This document shows positions 19,984-29,686 of a stretch of DNA of 64,000 bases, piece by piece. Each line of letters begins with the position of its first letter. Positions within the stretch are counted from its first letter, which is position 1. The notes below the pieces were generated by a model. It saw only the letters and a program-made list of their open reading frames with translations. It ran no database searches and was not told the origin of the DNA. Made by a program: the position numbers and the translations under genes. Source of the DNA: Dehalococcoidia bacterium (GTDB taxonomy: Bacteria > Chloroflexota > Dehalococcoidia > Bin125); assembly GCA_963663235.2 (NCBI GenBank), contig CAXXNO010000004.1:736001-800000 (forward strand), in the 5' to 3' direction.

Positions 19984-22254
19984 CTAAGCCGCCCGGCAGC
20001 AGTCCGCGGGCGGCACCCGTTCCCGAACCGGCACGGGCGCGTGATCAGAGACTCCCGGCACTCGGGTGGGTGAGGCAGCCGCCGACGTGCGAGCCGGCGG
20101 CGCGCTCTCGTGGGCCGACGCGGGGGCGAGATACGCGGTCGTCGAGACCGGCGCGTCGATGCCGGCGGGAGCGGTGTCGGAGACGCCCCGTCGCCACGCG
20201 GTCAGCCGGCGGAGGTGCAGGCGGGCGTAGAGGCCGAAGGGCAGCCTGTAGAGCGACTGATCGACGGCCAGCGGAATCAAGTTGCCCGAGCGCCGCATCG
20301 CCGGCGACAGCAGGTACGCGCCAGCGCCGAGGCCCGGGATCAGCGCGACGAGGGCCACGAGCCCCGTGTGCGTGTCGCGGGCCTGGCGGTAGGCGTCAGC
20401 GTCGATCTCGCCGCTCCAGTACAGCCGCGTGGCGCGGTAGCGGAAGTAGATCACGAGGCCGAAGCGAGCCAGGCTGCCGAAGGGAAAGCGCAGAGGAACG
20501 CTGATGGCCACCGCGATGCCCAGATGGCGCCCCGCGCCGCGCATGGCATCGCTGTGGAGGCGGGCGCGGAGCTCATCGGCGCGCTGTGGAGCGATGCGGC
20601 CGTCGGCGACCCAGCGGTCGAGCGGCTCAGCCATGAAGGCCAGCGCGAACTCCTCGGCGCGCAGCAGGCGGATGCGGACCGGCCGAGCGCGGCGGTCCCA
20701 GTCGAGCCAGTGCCAGAGGCGATGCCCGACCCGGCCGGGCAGGTTGGGCTCGCGGCTCTTCCAGGCCGCCGACCAGCGTTCGCCGTCGGCGACGGCGCGC
20801 TGCAAGCGGGCGAAGTCCGCCGGGCCCAGCGCCTCCCGCAGGGAGTGCTCCTCCCGGCGCAGGTAGGCGTTGAGGCGGTCGAAGTCAACATCGTCGAAGG
20901 TCGGGAAGCGACCCATCCGCAAGAGGCGCGGCAGTTGGCCGAGCGGCTGGATCAGCGGGATCAATGTGGACTCGAGGTCGATGATCTTGAGCGCGCCGTC
21001 CGGCGTGCGGATGAAGTTCGTGTGCGCGTGGGGGTTCTCCGGGTCGATCTGCCAGGTGGGGAGGCCGGCGGCGGCGAAGTTGCGGCGCAGGCCGCGGAGG
21101 ACATCGATGATGGCGGCGTTGTCGGCGGGCTCTTGGCCCTGCACGAGGTCGGTGACGAAGTGAAACTCCCCGCCCTCGACGCGAACGTCGCGCGCGGCAG
21201 CGACCATGTCGGCGCCGGTCCAGTATTGCGTGAGCAGGCCGGTGAACTCGCGGGCCGCCACGGCCGTGCGCAGCGCCTCTTCGCGGGCGGAGTAGGGGAA
21301 GGGAGCCTGGAAGGCGGCCCAGTAGAGGAGGCGCACCGGCAGCGAGGGGCGGTAGACCTTCACCGCGGTGCCGGCCACATCATCGAGGTAGACGGTGCTG
21401 GCGATAGAACCCGCGAGGCGCACGCCATCGGGCGCGTGCACGGGGCGGGAAGGGAGGAGCCGCTTGGCCAGACGAAGGCCCGGCAGGGGCAGCCGGTCGC
21501 GTCGCAGGCTCAGGTAGACCCAGGTCATGCCGATGAGCCAGAGCGCGCCCAGCAACAGCGCGGCCAGAACGTCGGAGGGCCAGTGGGCGCCGTCGGTGAG
21601 GCGCGAGAGAGCCGCGAGCAAGAGGATGGCGAGCACCGGCCCGATCACCAGAGCGCGGCTTCGCCAGGTGGGCAGGCGGACCACCGCGATGACCGCCAGC
21701 ATGCCGAAGACGGCAACCCCGGCGGTGATGTGGCCGCTGGGGAAGGAGGATCCCTCCACGACGGCCGCAACGTCCAGCAGACCCTCGGTGGGGCGGGCCC
21801 GAGAGACGAGCTCCTCGACGATCGCCTTGGGCACCCAGATGGCGGCCGTGAGGCCCATGACGATCGCTTCGACGGGCCGACCCGCCAGCCAGAAGCCCAC
21901 CACCAGCAGCGCCCAGACGACCGGCCCCTCAGGAGCGCCGGTCAAGAGCTCGCCGAAACCGACGGCGTAGTCCCAGAAGAAGAAGTCCACCGACTGCACA
22001 GCGCGCGCGATGGCGAGATCGGCGCGGGGGACGGCGTCGCCCTGGACGGCGACGATCAGTGCGGCCAGCCCTGCGGAGAGCCCGGCGGCGACGGCCAGCC
22101 AAACGGCGGTGGCGTTGTTCCGCGACCGTGCGGGGGCGAGCAGTCGAGGGGCGGCGGAGGCCGAGACTGTGTTAATCATCGTGCTTTGCCTTTCGTGCTC
22201 GCCGGGGGCCAGAAGCCGTGTCACGTCGTCCGCAGTGGGTGCGTCCGGCTCCAT
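19984..22254 (-). CDS. PAP2 phosphatase fused to a protein-kinase-like domain (membrane protein)
   Basis: K......RARP, SFPSGH, SRL..GAHWPSDV, then AVKVY...HTNF...KIIDLES. Start uncertain. Confidence 0.7.
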   Translation of the reverse strand: MEPDAPTADDVTRLLAPGEHERQSTMINTVSASAAPRLLAPARSRNNATAVWLAVAAGLSAGLAALIVAVQGDAVPRADLAIARAVQSVDFFFWDYAVGFGELLTGAPEGPVVWALLVVGFWLAGRPVEAIVMGLTAAIWVPKAIVEELVSRARPTEGLLDVAAVVEGSSFPSGHITAGVAVFGMLAVIAVVRLPTWRSRALVIGPVLAILLLAALSRLTDGAHWPSDVLAALLLGALWLIGMTWVYLSLRRDRLPLPGLRLAKRLLPSRPVHAPDGVRLAGSIASTVYLDDVAGTAVKVYRPSLPVRLLYWAAFQAPFPYSAREEALRTAVAAREFTGLLTQYWTGADMVAAARDVRVEGGEFHFVTDLVQGQEPADNAAIIDVLRGLRRNFAAAGLPTWQIDPENPHAHTNFIRTPDGALKIIDLESTLIPLIQPLGQLPRLLRMGRFPTFDDVDFDRLNAYLRREEHSLREALGPADFARLQRAVADGERWSAAWKSREPNLPGRVGHRLWHWLDWDRRARPVRIRLLRAEEFALAFMAEPLDRWVADGRIAPQRADELRARLHSDAMRGAGRHLGIAVAISVPLRFPFGSLARFGLVIYFRYRATRLYWSGEIDADAYRQARDTHTGLVALVALIPGLGAGAYLLSPAMRRSGNLIPLAVDQSLYRLPFGLYARLHLRRLTAWRRGVSDTAPAGIDAPVSTTAYLAPASAHESAPPARTSAAASPTRVPGVSDHAPVPVRERVPPADCCRAA

Positions 22255-22456
22255 GAGTCAGGGTGCCAGTCAGTGAAGGCGATCAAGACTGCCGGTCGGC
22301 CGGTTCTGAGGCCCGAAAATCGGCGGGGCCGGCCCCTGCCGATCGGCAGGGGCTGGGGCGGAGCCGGAGGGGCACAGGCAAACGGCCGGGGCGTCCCTGG
22401 GGGAGCGCCCCGGCCGAAGGGGTGCGAGCCATCGCCCGAGCGGGGGTGGGGGGCGA

Positions 22457-22804
22457 TCAGGCGGGGGCCGCGGATCCAGCGCCGAGGACGGCCTCCAGGT
22501 TCTGGACCACGAACTGCTTGGGCCGGTAGCCCACGATCTCCTTCACCGGCCGGCCGTCGCGGAAGAGGATGAGGGCGGGGATGCTCTGGATGTGAAAGCG
22601 GCGCGCCGTCTCAGGGTTCTCGTCCGTGTTGAGCTTGAAGACGGCGAGGCGGCCATCGTACTCGGCGGCGATCTCGTCGACGATGGGGCCGACGAGGCGG
22701 CAGGGGCCGCACCAGGGCGCCCAGAAGTCGACGAGGGCGGGGAGGTCGTTCTCAAGCACCTCGGTGGCAAAGGTGGCGTCCGTAACGTGCTGTGGCTGAC
22801 TCAT
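22457..22804 (-). CDS. trxA: Thioredoxin
   Basis: VDFWAPWCGPC, KLNTDENP, IQSIP. Confidence 0.95.
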   Translation of the reverse strand: MSQPQHVTDATFATEVLENDLPALVDFWAPWCGPCRLVGPIVDEIAAEYDGRLAVFKLNTDENPETARRFHIQSIPALILFRDGRPVKEIVGYRPKQFVVQNLEAVLGAGSAAPA

Positions 22805-22860
22805 GGCGATGTTTTCCCTTCTGAGTGAGACTCAAGCGCTCGTCCACTCCCCGGACGCGG

Positions 22861-23352
22861 CTATGCGGCGGAAGCGGCCGCGGCGAGTTGCTCGACGCCG
22901 ATCTTCTCGCCCGTCTCGGCGTAGTACTTCAGGCCGGCGAGCGACTCGCGGATCGTCTTGCCGAGCTTGCGGCGGACGACCAAGCGGTCCAGCAGCGCGC
23001 CCGCGGGCCCACCCTTCATCCGGAAATTCGAGACCAGCGTAACGATCGTTCGGTCGCCGTCGGCGCTGAGGGTGAAGCTGTTATGCACGGACCTAATCAA
23101 AGGGGCGCCCTCAAAGTTGACGTCGTAGCCCATCTTGCGGCCATCCTGCCACTCCGTGATCACCTCGGTGGTCTTGCCGAAGCCATGGACATCGCACTCG
23201 CGCTCGCAGCCGATGCCCTGCGTGGCCTGCGTCGTGACGGTCGAGTGCGAGAGAGTTGGGGCCCACCTAGCGGCCCCACCGACATCGGCGAGGATCTCCC
23301 AGACATCGCTCTGGGGAGCGTCGATCGTGATCCGCTGGATGATTGTGGACAC
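22861..23352 (-). CDS. SRPBCC (polyketide cyclase/dehydrase-like) family protein
   Basis: ITIDAP...VWEILAD.....W.P; C-terminal ESLAGLK.YAE; GTG start after an AAAGGA RBS. Confidence 0.8.
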   Translation of the reverse strand: MSTIIQRITIDAPQSDVWEILADVGGAARWAPTLSHSTVTTQATQGIGCERECDVHGFGKTTEVITEWQDGRKMGYDVNFEGAPLIRSVHNSFTLSADGDRTIVTLVSNFRMKGGPAGALLDRLVVRRKLGKTIRESLAGLKYYAETGEKIGVEQLAAAASAA

Positions 23353-23442
23353 GTTGCGATTCCTTTCTGTACACGCGGCCGGGATATCCCGGCTTGTCCC
23401 GTTCCTTGCGCTGATGAGGTTGAGCACCGGCGGGCCGAGCCA

Positions 23443-23658
23443 TCAGGCGGCCTGCGGCGGCCGCACGGGGATGGGAACCGGGACCGGCACGGGGGCCCGC
23501 AGCGGGCCGAGGGCCTGCGCGGATTCCCGCAGCGGCCGAGCGCACTGCAGGCAGCGCCATTCCTCGTCCATACGGTCGAAGAAGGCGTCGCCGCCGCAGC
23601 GGCCGCAGGCGTCAATCCGAACCCTCCGAACGGCGGTGGTCGTGGTGGGCATCGTCAT
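23443..23658 (-). CDS. Small zinc-ribbon protein (CxxC-x14-CxxC)
   Basis: AGGAG RBS; MTMPTTT...CGRCGGDAFFDRMDEEWRCLQCARP. Confidence 0.65.
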   Translation of the reverse strand: MTMPTTTTAVRRVRIDACGRCGGDAFFDRMDEEWRCLQCARPLRESAQALGPLRAPVPVPVPIPVRPPQAA

Positions 23659-23833
23659 CGCTGCGCTCCTCCCGCAGCCCCGGCGGGCTGTTCTGACTCC
23701 AGCATCGCGGAGGCCGAGCGCCCGCGCGCCTGCCGCGCGGCCGGTTTGCGGGCAGGAAGATCGAGGGGGCGGCGGCCCTGCCGTTTGGCGGGGCGGCGGT
23801 GGAGCGAGAGCAGAAGCCAGGCAGCGAAGGCGG

Positions 23834-26249
23834 TCAGGCGTCGAGGAAGCCGCGCTCCCGAGCGACATGGACGGCCTCCGTGCGCGTGGTCACGTCCAGC
23901 TTCTGGTAGAGGTTGGCGATGTGCCACTTGACCGTGCCAGCGCTGAGGGAGAGCTGGGCGGCGATCTCTTTATTGCGGGCCCCGGAGGTGAGGAGCTCCA
24001 GGCCGTCGCGCTCGCGCTTCGTGAGTTGGGAGGTGGCGGCGGCATCGAGGCGGGCGACGAGGCGATCGGCGATCACCGGAGGGATGAGGGAGCCGCCGCC
24101 GTGCACGGTGCGGATGGCCTGGGTGAGGTCGTCGCGGCCGGCATCCTTGACAAGGTAGCCGCGGGCGCCCGCGCGCAGGCCCTCAAAGATCTGCTCATCC
24201 TTGGCGAACACGGAGAGCAAGATGGTGCGGGTCTCGAGGCCCAGCTCCCGGAGGCGGCGAAGCGTGGCGACGCCGTCGAGCCTGGGCATCTGCACGTCCA
24301 GCAGGATCACGTCCGGGGAGAGCTTGCGGACCTGCTCCACGGCCGCCTCGCCGTCTGGGGCCTCACCGACCACGTCGATGCCGTTGGCCTGCTCCAGCAT
24401 GTGGCGGATACCGCGGCGGACGACCTCATGGTCATCGACGATGAGCACGTGGATGCGATCGGCCGGGTCCGCGGCGACGTTGGCCGTGACGGAGGTCTGG
24501 GTGAGGGAGGGCGGCTCCTCCGCGGCGGGGAGGGCGGGGACCACGGCCACGATCTCCGTGCCCACGCCGGGGGCGCTGCGGATGGAGATCTGCCCGTCCA
24601 CCAGCCGGGCGCGTTCCTGCATGCTGGTGAGGCCGAAGCCACGTCCCCCAGCCTCGAGGAGACCGGGCGGCGCGTCGGGGTCGAAGCCGACGCCGTCGTC
24701 CGAGATCTGGAGGCGAATATCGGTGGGGCCGTAGTCCAGCACGATGGTCACACGGGAGGCCTGGGCGTGCTGCTGGACGTTGTTCAGGGTCTCCTGCGCG
24801 ATACGGAGGAGGGTCTGCTCGCAGTGGCGGTCGATGCGGCCGGGGGCCGTGCCGCGCACGTCCACGGAGACATCGATGCCGGCGTCCTGGAATCGCGCCG
24901 CCTCGCGGCGGAGGGCCGCGGCCAAGCCGCCGGACTCGAGCGCGGCGGGCTGCAGGTCCCAGACGGAGCGTCGGGCCTCCTCCAAGCTCTCGCGTGCCTG
25001 CTGTCCGGCGGCCCGGATGGCGGCGCGCAGGTGGTCGCTGCCGGTTCCGAGCTCGTCCTCCGCCGACTCGAGCTGGATGACGATGCCGGTCAGCGACTGC
25101 GCGAGGGTGTCATGGATCTCGCGGGCGAGGCGGTTGCGCTCCTCCAAGACGGCCTTGTCCCGGGCCGCCTGCGTGGCCTCGTCATGGAGCATGGTGTGCT
25201 CCACGACAACCGCCAGGTGGTCGGCGATCTCCTGGGCGAGGTGCACCTCTCGCTCCCCGTAGAAGCCGGGCCGGTGGCTGCCGAAATTGAGCGTGCCGAA
25301 GGCGCGGCCCTTGGAGCTCAGCGGAAGGTGCATTACACAGCGGTAGTCCGAGCCACGGGCCAAGTCCCGCATGAACGGGTACACGTTGTCCTCCCCGGCA
25401 TCATGCACCAAGGGACGACCGGTCCGCATGGCGTCGCCCCAGGGCGTCCCTTCGAGCGGCATGCGGGGGCGCTCGACGTCCGGGGGCGCGGCGCCGGCGC
25501 CGGCGTAGAGCTCCGCGTAGTCGGCGCCCTCGGGCTGCACAAGGAGGACGAGGCGGTCGAACTCGACGATGCGGCGGATCTGCTCGCCGACGCGGTCGAA
25601 GACATCGGCCATCTCATGGCCGGAGCCGGCGATGCGCATCATCTCGTTGAGGAGCTGGACCCGCTCGGCCAAGCGGGCGCTCTCGGCGTCGGCGCGGATG
25701 TGGCGGATGGTGGTCATGCCGTGGCCGGCGAGCGTCTCCAGGGTGGCGCGCTGTACGGGGTCGAAGGGCTCGGCGGAGCGCGCGCCAGCGACGAGGCCGC
25801 CGAAAATCGCCTTCCACGGTGCGGAGCGGGGCGAACAGCAGGCGCTCGATCCCCGAGGCGGCGACCGCGGGGAGGGCGGCGTCCGTCACGACCACCTCAG
25901 TGGTGGACATGGTCGCGGGGGCATCCGCGGCGGCGGCGAGCGCTGCTACGTAGTCGCGGAGCTCGTCAAGGAGCGCGGCGTCCATCGGCTTGCCGCCGAG
26001 GCGCCCCTCGCAGTGCGTACGCGCGCCGTCATCGTCGCGAAGGACCATCAAGCCAAGGGGGACCGCGAGGGCGGAACTCACCGCCGACGCGGTCAGGCGG
26101 GCGACGTCTTGTTCACGGTCGACGAGCGAGAGGGCAGAGGCCACTCCCAGCAGGGCGAACTGATCGGCCGTGTCGCGCTGGCCGTGGCCGGGGCGAGCGG
26201 TGGCGGGCGCGCGCTTGGAGGTCGATCGGGTCTTGCGCCGCGCCGGCAT
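23834..26249 (-). CDS. Hybrid GAF-GAF-histidine kinase (HisKA_3/HATPase)-REC-LuxR HTH protein; +1 frameshift at 25803-25806
   Basis: ERNRLAREIHDTLAQ, RIAQE.LNN, DDGVGF, G.GL.SM.ERA, VDDHEVVR.G, LLDVQMP, LTKRE..G..NKEIA..L.LS.GTVK.H. The upstream GAF-like ORF joins on removing one T. Confidence 0.8.
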
Positions 26250-26861
26250 CTAGGCCCGCGCAGCCAACTCCGCCAAGAGATCCGCGGGGTCCTGATGGAG
26301 AGTGTTGTGCACCAGGACCTGGCCCATGATGCAGAGCGGGTGGGAGCGGAGTGCGTCCATGACGGTATCGCCACCGAAGCGGGTGAGATCGAACTGGCAG
26401 AGGGCGATGATGGGCCAGCCATCGGCCACCTGATCGTAGAGCGCCTCCCAGCGCAGCATCTCCGCCACGGAAGTGCGGCCGGCCAGCGCCCAGCCGCCAT
26501 CGCCGGCCAGGCGGACCGTCTGGTAGCCGGCGTCGAGGCTGTCCTTGACCACGCGGTTGAAGAGCGCCTGCATGTCTTGGCGGTTCGCCTCGCCGGGGTG
26601 CAGAAAGAGGCGTCCGTTGGATTCGGCCTCGGCGGCGTCGAGACTGTGCGAGTCGAGCCAGGCGCGAAAGCGGTCCGCGGCGTCCGGGCTGGCGATGACG
26701 GCGCAGCGCTCCCCGCGGCGGAGGCCTTCCGCGATGTAGGGGCCGAGGACGCTGAACATCTCGGCGTCGCCGCGATAGAAGTGGGCGATGTGATCACCGA
26801 CGGCGACGGTCGCGCCGCCGAAACCGAGCGGAACCTCCATCGCGCCTTCTCGTGCGGCCAT
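26250..26861 (-). CDS. MEDS-domain sensory protein
   Basis: GDHIAHFY, PYIAEGL..GE, VRLAGD..WAL, WEA, LCQFDL.RF, ALRSHP. Confidence 0.85.
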   Translation of the reverse strand: MAAREGAMEVPLGFGGATVAVGDHIAHFYRGDAEMFSVLGPYIAEGLRRGERCAVIASPDAADRFRAWLDSHSLDAAEAESNGRLFLHPGEANRQDMQALFNRVVKDSLDAGYQTVRLAGDGGWALAGRTSVAEMLRWEALYDQVADGWPIIALCQFDLTRFGGDTVMDALRSHPLCIMGQVLVHNTLHQDPADLLAELAARA

Positions 26862-26956
26862 GGCAAATCTCGCCGCTTCCCTATGTCCTGTGCGATCAGG
26901 TCAAGGATATAGCACGGAGCAGGCTCCCACAGCGAAGCCCACATCGCCGACGGCGT

Positions 26957-27772
26957 TCACGGCGTCTCTATCCGCCGGACGTAGCGCGCAACGGAGCGGC
27001 GCACGGCCTCCTTGGCACCAGCGAGGATGTTCCGGTTCCACCATGCGCCGTAGATGTGATCGAAGGGATAGGACTCCACGGCGGCGACGATGCGGCGGAC
27101 CTGAGCGGCCGACAAGGGGACCAGGTTGGGATAGCTATACATGAAGCTGACGTGGCGCCGGTCCAGGGCGACGGTGATGGAATCCCCGGCCAAGAGGGCG
27201 CCCCGACCGTCCGCGCCATCCGCCCAGTGCAGCACGGCGCTGCCGGGGAAGTGGCCGCCGCATTGGATCAGCGTCAGGCCGGGCAGGAGCTCCAGGGGCT
27301 CGCCGTCCCAATAGCGGATGACGGGATCGGGACGCATCACCCACTCGCGGTCGGCCTGGGGGATGTAGATCGGGGCGCCGTCGAAGGCGTGGCTCCAGGA
27401 GACCATGCTGTCGTAGAAGTGGGGATGGGAGAGGCAGATGCCCTGGATGCCGCCGCGTGCGGTGATGGCGCGCACGGTCTCGTCGTCGAGGTAGCTGACG
27501 CAGTCGAAGAGGATGTTGCCGGCGCCGGTCTGCACGAGGAGCGCCCGCTGGCCGATGCTGAAGGCGGGCGTGATGCCGATGCCGGTCAAGCCCGGCGCCT
27601 CGTCGCGGATCTCGTTGCGGTAGCCATCGGCCCGTAGCTGGGCCATGGTGGTCCAGCGCTGGCCCTCCCAGCCGACGTACTGGCGCTCGTCCTCGCAGAT
27701 GGCGCAGCGCGAGGGCGGATCGTCGGCGGCCGCGTACTCCACGCCGCAGGTCAGGCAGATGTAGGGTTGCAC
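26957..27772 (-). CDS. Metallo-beta-lactamase-fold hydrolase with an N-terminal Cys cluster
   Basis: CLTCG..C.ICEDERQYV, IGQRALL, SHPHFY, GGHFPGS, SFMYSYPN. Confidence 0.88.
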   Translation of the reverse strand: MQPYICLTCGVEYAAADDPPSRCAICEDERQYVGWEGQRWTTMAQLRADGYRNEIRDEAPGLTGIGITPAFSIGQRALLVQTGAGNILFDCVSYLDDETVRAITARGGIQGICLSHPHFYDSMVSWSHAFDGAPIYIPQADREWVMRPDPVIRYWDGEPLELLPGLTLIQCGGHFPGSAVLHWADGADGRGALLAGDSITVALDRRHVSFMYSYPNLVPLSAAQVRRIVAAVESYPFDHIYGAWWNRNILAGAKEAVRRSVARYVRRIETP

Positions 27773-28257
27773 CGTTGCCTTTCTCGTTGCCCCTCCTGTA
27801 ACCCTCCCCGGGGGCCCTCCCCGTCAGCGGGCGACCGGCCGTGGGCGGGGAAAAACGGCCCGCACGGGTCCGACCCGTCCGTACCAGATGGGCGGTGGGG
27901 CCGGAACGGCCTCAGGGTGACAGTTACTGCCACGATTCAGACAGGATCCTGCCACGTTTCCCGCAGGTTTCCGACAGCCGGGCGCGCGTCCCGGATCGGG
28001 CGGGGGCGGATCAGCCCAGATGAGATGCCGAGCAGATCGCGAACCACGGTTCCAGTATAGACGACCCGCGGTGACAGGCGCGTGATGGGTTGTCGTCGCG
28101 GCGACCAGAGCCCCTCCGGCTCGCGCCGGAGGTTTGCGCTTTCCGCCGGAACATCGTCGAGCCGCTTCTGGACGGCAAGAGTGGGGATGCACAAGACTGA
28201 GCGAGCGGGGAGTCGCCCCGGGTGGGTGGACGAACGTCAACGAAATGGAGATTTCCG

Positions 28258-29178
28258 ATGCGACTTGGATTCGCGTTGCCGCAGGTGGGATCGATGGCCG
28301 GGCCCGACGCGCTCGTGTCGGTGGCGCAGAAGGCGGAGTCGGTGGGCTACGACTCGGTTGTCGTGCTGGACCGGATCCTGGCGCCGGTGAACCCGCGGGC
28401 GCCGTACCCGGCCTCGGCGGACGGCACGCTGCCGGAGGCGTTCCAGACCGTGCTGGACCCGCTGGAGTCGCTGGCGTTCGTGGCGGCGCAGACGAGCCGC
28501 GTGGCGCTGGAGACGAGCATCCTCAACATCCCGTTCTACAACCCGGTGCTGCTGGCGCGTCGCTTGACGACGCTGGACGTGCTGTCGAAGGGGCGGGTCC
28601 GGGTGGGGTTTGGGATGGGATGGTCGCCGGACGAGTTCCAGGCGGTCAACGCACCGGAGAAGGGGCGCGGAGAGCGAGCGGACGAATTCCTGGAGGCGCT
28701 CAAGGCGATCTGGACGACCAACCCAGTGGAGTATCTCGGCAAACATTTCCAGGTGCCCAAGTCGATCATCAACCCGAAGCCGGTGCAGAAGCCGCACCCG
28801 CCGATCTACCTCGCCGCCTACTCGCCGCCGGCGCTGCGCCGAACGGCGCGGTTCGCGGACGGCTGGAACCCCGGCGGCGTGCCCGTGGATGGGATGCGGC
28901 AGATGTTGGCGGGGATCCAGGGGATGGCCAAGGAGGCGGGCCGCGACCCGAGCGCGATCGAACTCATCGTGCGGGCGAACGTCTACGTAGTGGACGGGGC
29001 GTCCGACGACAAGCGCGGCATTTCCGTGGGCTCGCCGGAGCAGATCGGCCAGGACATCGCCGCGGTCCGGGAGTTGGGTGCGGCGGAGGTCCAGTTCGAC
29101 GTGAACTTCTCACCGACCGTGAAGTCGCTGGAGGACGTGCTGGCGTACACGGAACGGATACGGAGCCTGGCCGGATAA
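28258..29178 (+). CDS. LLM-class (probably F420-dependent) oxidoreductase
   Basis: MRLGFALPQ, DPL..LAFVAA.T, TLDVLSKGR..G.G.GW..DEF, PKPVQKPHPPI. Confidence 0.9.
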   Translation: MRLGFALPQVGSMAGPDALVSVAQKAESVGYDSVVVLDRILAPVNPRAPYPASADGTLPEAFQTVLDPLESLAFVAAQTSRVALETSILNIPFYNPVLLARRLTTLDVLSKGRVRVGFGMGWSPDEFQAVNAPEKGRGERADEFLEALKAIWTTNPVEYLGKHFQVPKSIINPKPVQKPHPPIYLAAYSPPALRRTARFADGWNPGGVPVDGMRQMLAGIQGMAKEAGRDPSAIELIVRANVYVVDGASDDKRGISVGSPEQIGQDIAAVRELGAAEVQFDVNFSPTVKSLEDVLAYTERIRSLAG

Positions 29179-29220
29179 GAGGCCGCAAGCGGCCGCGAGC
29201 GGCGAGGCAGGAGGGGTGCG

Positions 29221-29655
29221 ATGGAAACGATGGAGGATCTCTTACTCAAGGGGTTCATCACCGTGCACAAGGCGCTGTACCGGATGAGCGGCGGCCGGAT
29301 CATGGGCAGCACGCGCGGCTCGCCGATCATCCTGCTCACGACGACGGGCCGGAAGAGCGGCAAGCGGCGCACGATCCCGCTGGGGTATCTCCCCGACGGG
29401 GACGGGTACGCGCTGGCGGCATCGAACGGGGGGCGATCGTACCACCCGGCGTGGTACCGCAACCTGGAGGCCAACCCGGCCGCCACGATGTGCCTGAAGA
29501 AGCGGCAGATCCCCGTGCGGGCCGAGATCACGAGCGGCGAGGAGCGGGCGCGGTTGTGGGATGCGATCAAGACGACGCACCCCGCGTTCGCGAAGTACGA
29601 AGCGAAGACCAGTCGCGAGATCCCGGTGGTGGTGCTGCGGGAGGAGCGCGCGTAG
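29221..29655 (+). CDS. Deazaflavin (F420H2)-dependent nitroreductase / Ddn family
   Basis: LLTTTGRKSGK.R..PL, ASNGG...HPAWY.NL.ANP, YE.KTSREIPVV.L. Confidence 0.92.
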   Translation: METMEDLLLKGFITVHKALYRMSGGRIMGSTRGSPIILLTTTGRKSGKRRTIPLGYLPDGDGYALAASNGGRSYHPAWYRNLEANPAATMCLKKRQIPVRAEITSGEERARLWDAIKTTHPAFAKYEAKTSREIPVVVLREERA

Positions 29656-29686
29656 GGCGCGTGCGGGGTCTCGCGATGCGATCCGC

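Noticed and set aside
22457-22804. Thioredoxin and other TGA-ending genes as further selenoproteins
   Set aside because: The WCGPC motif is intact, and the other TGA stops I checked fall at natural family C-termini with no conserved downstream frame.
23135-26329. 1064-aa plus-strand ORF and other long antisense ORFs (e.g. 20110..22572, 13700..15262, 48615..50450, 57205..59100)
   Set aside because: Shadow frames opposite well-supported genes in high-GC DNA, with no recognisable motifs.
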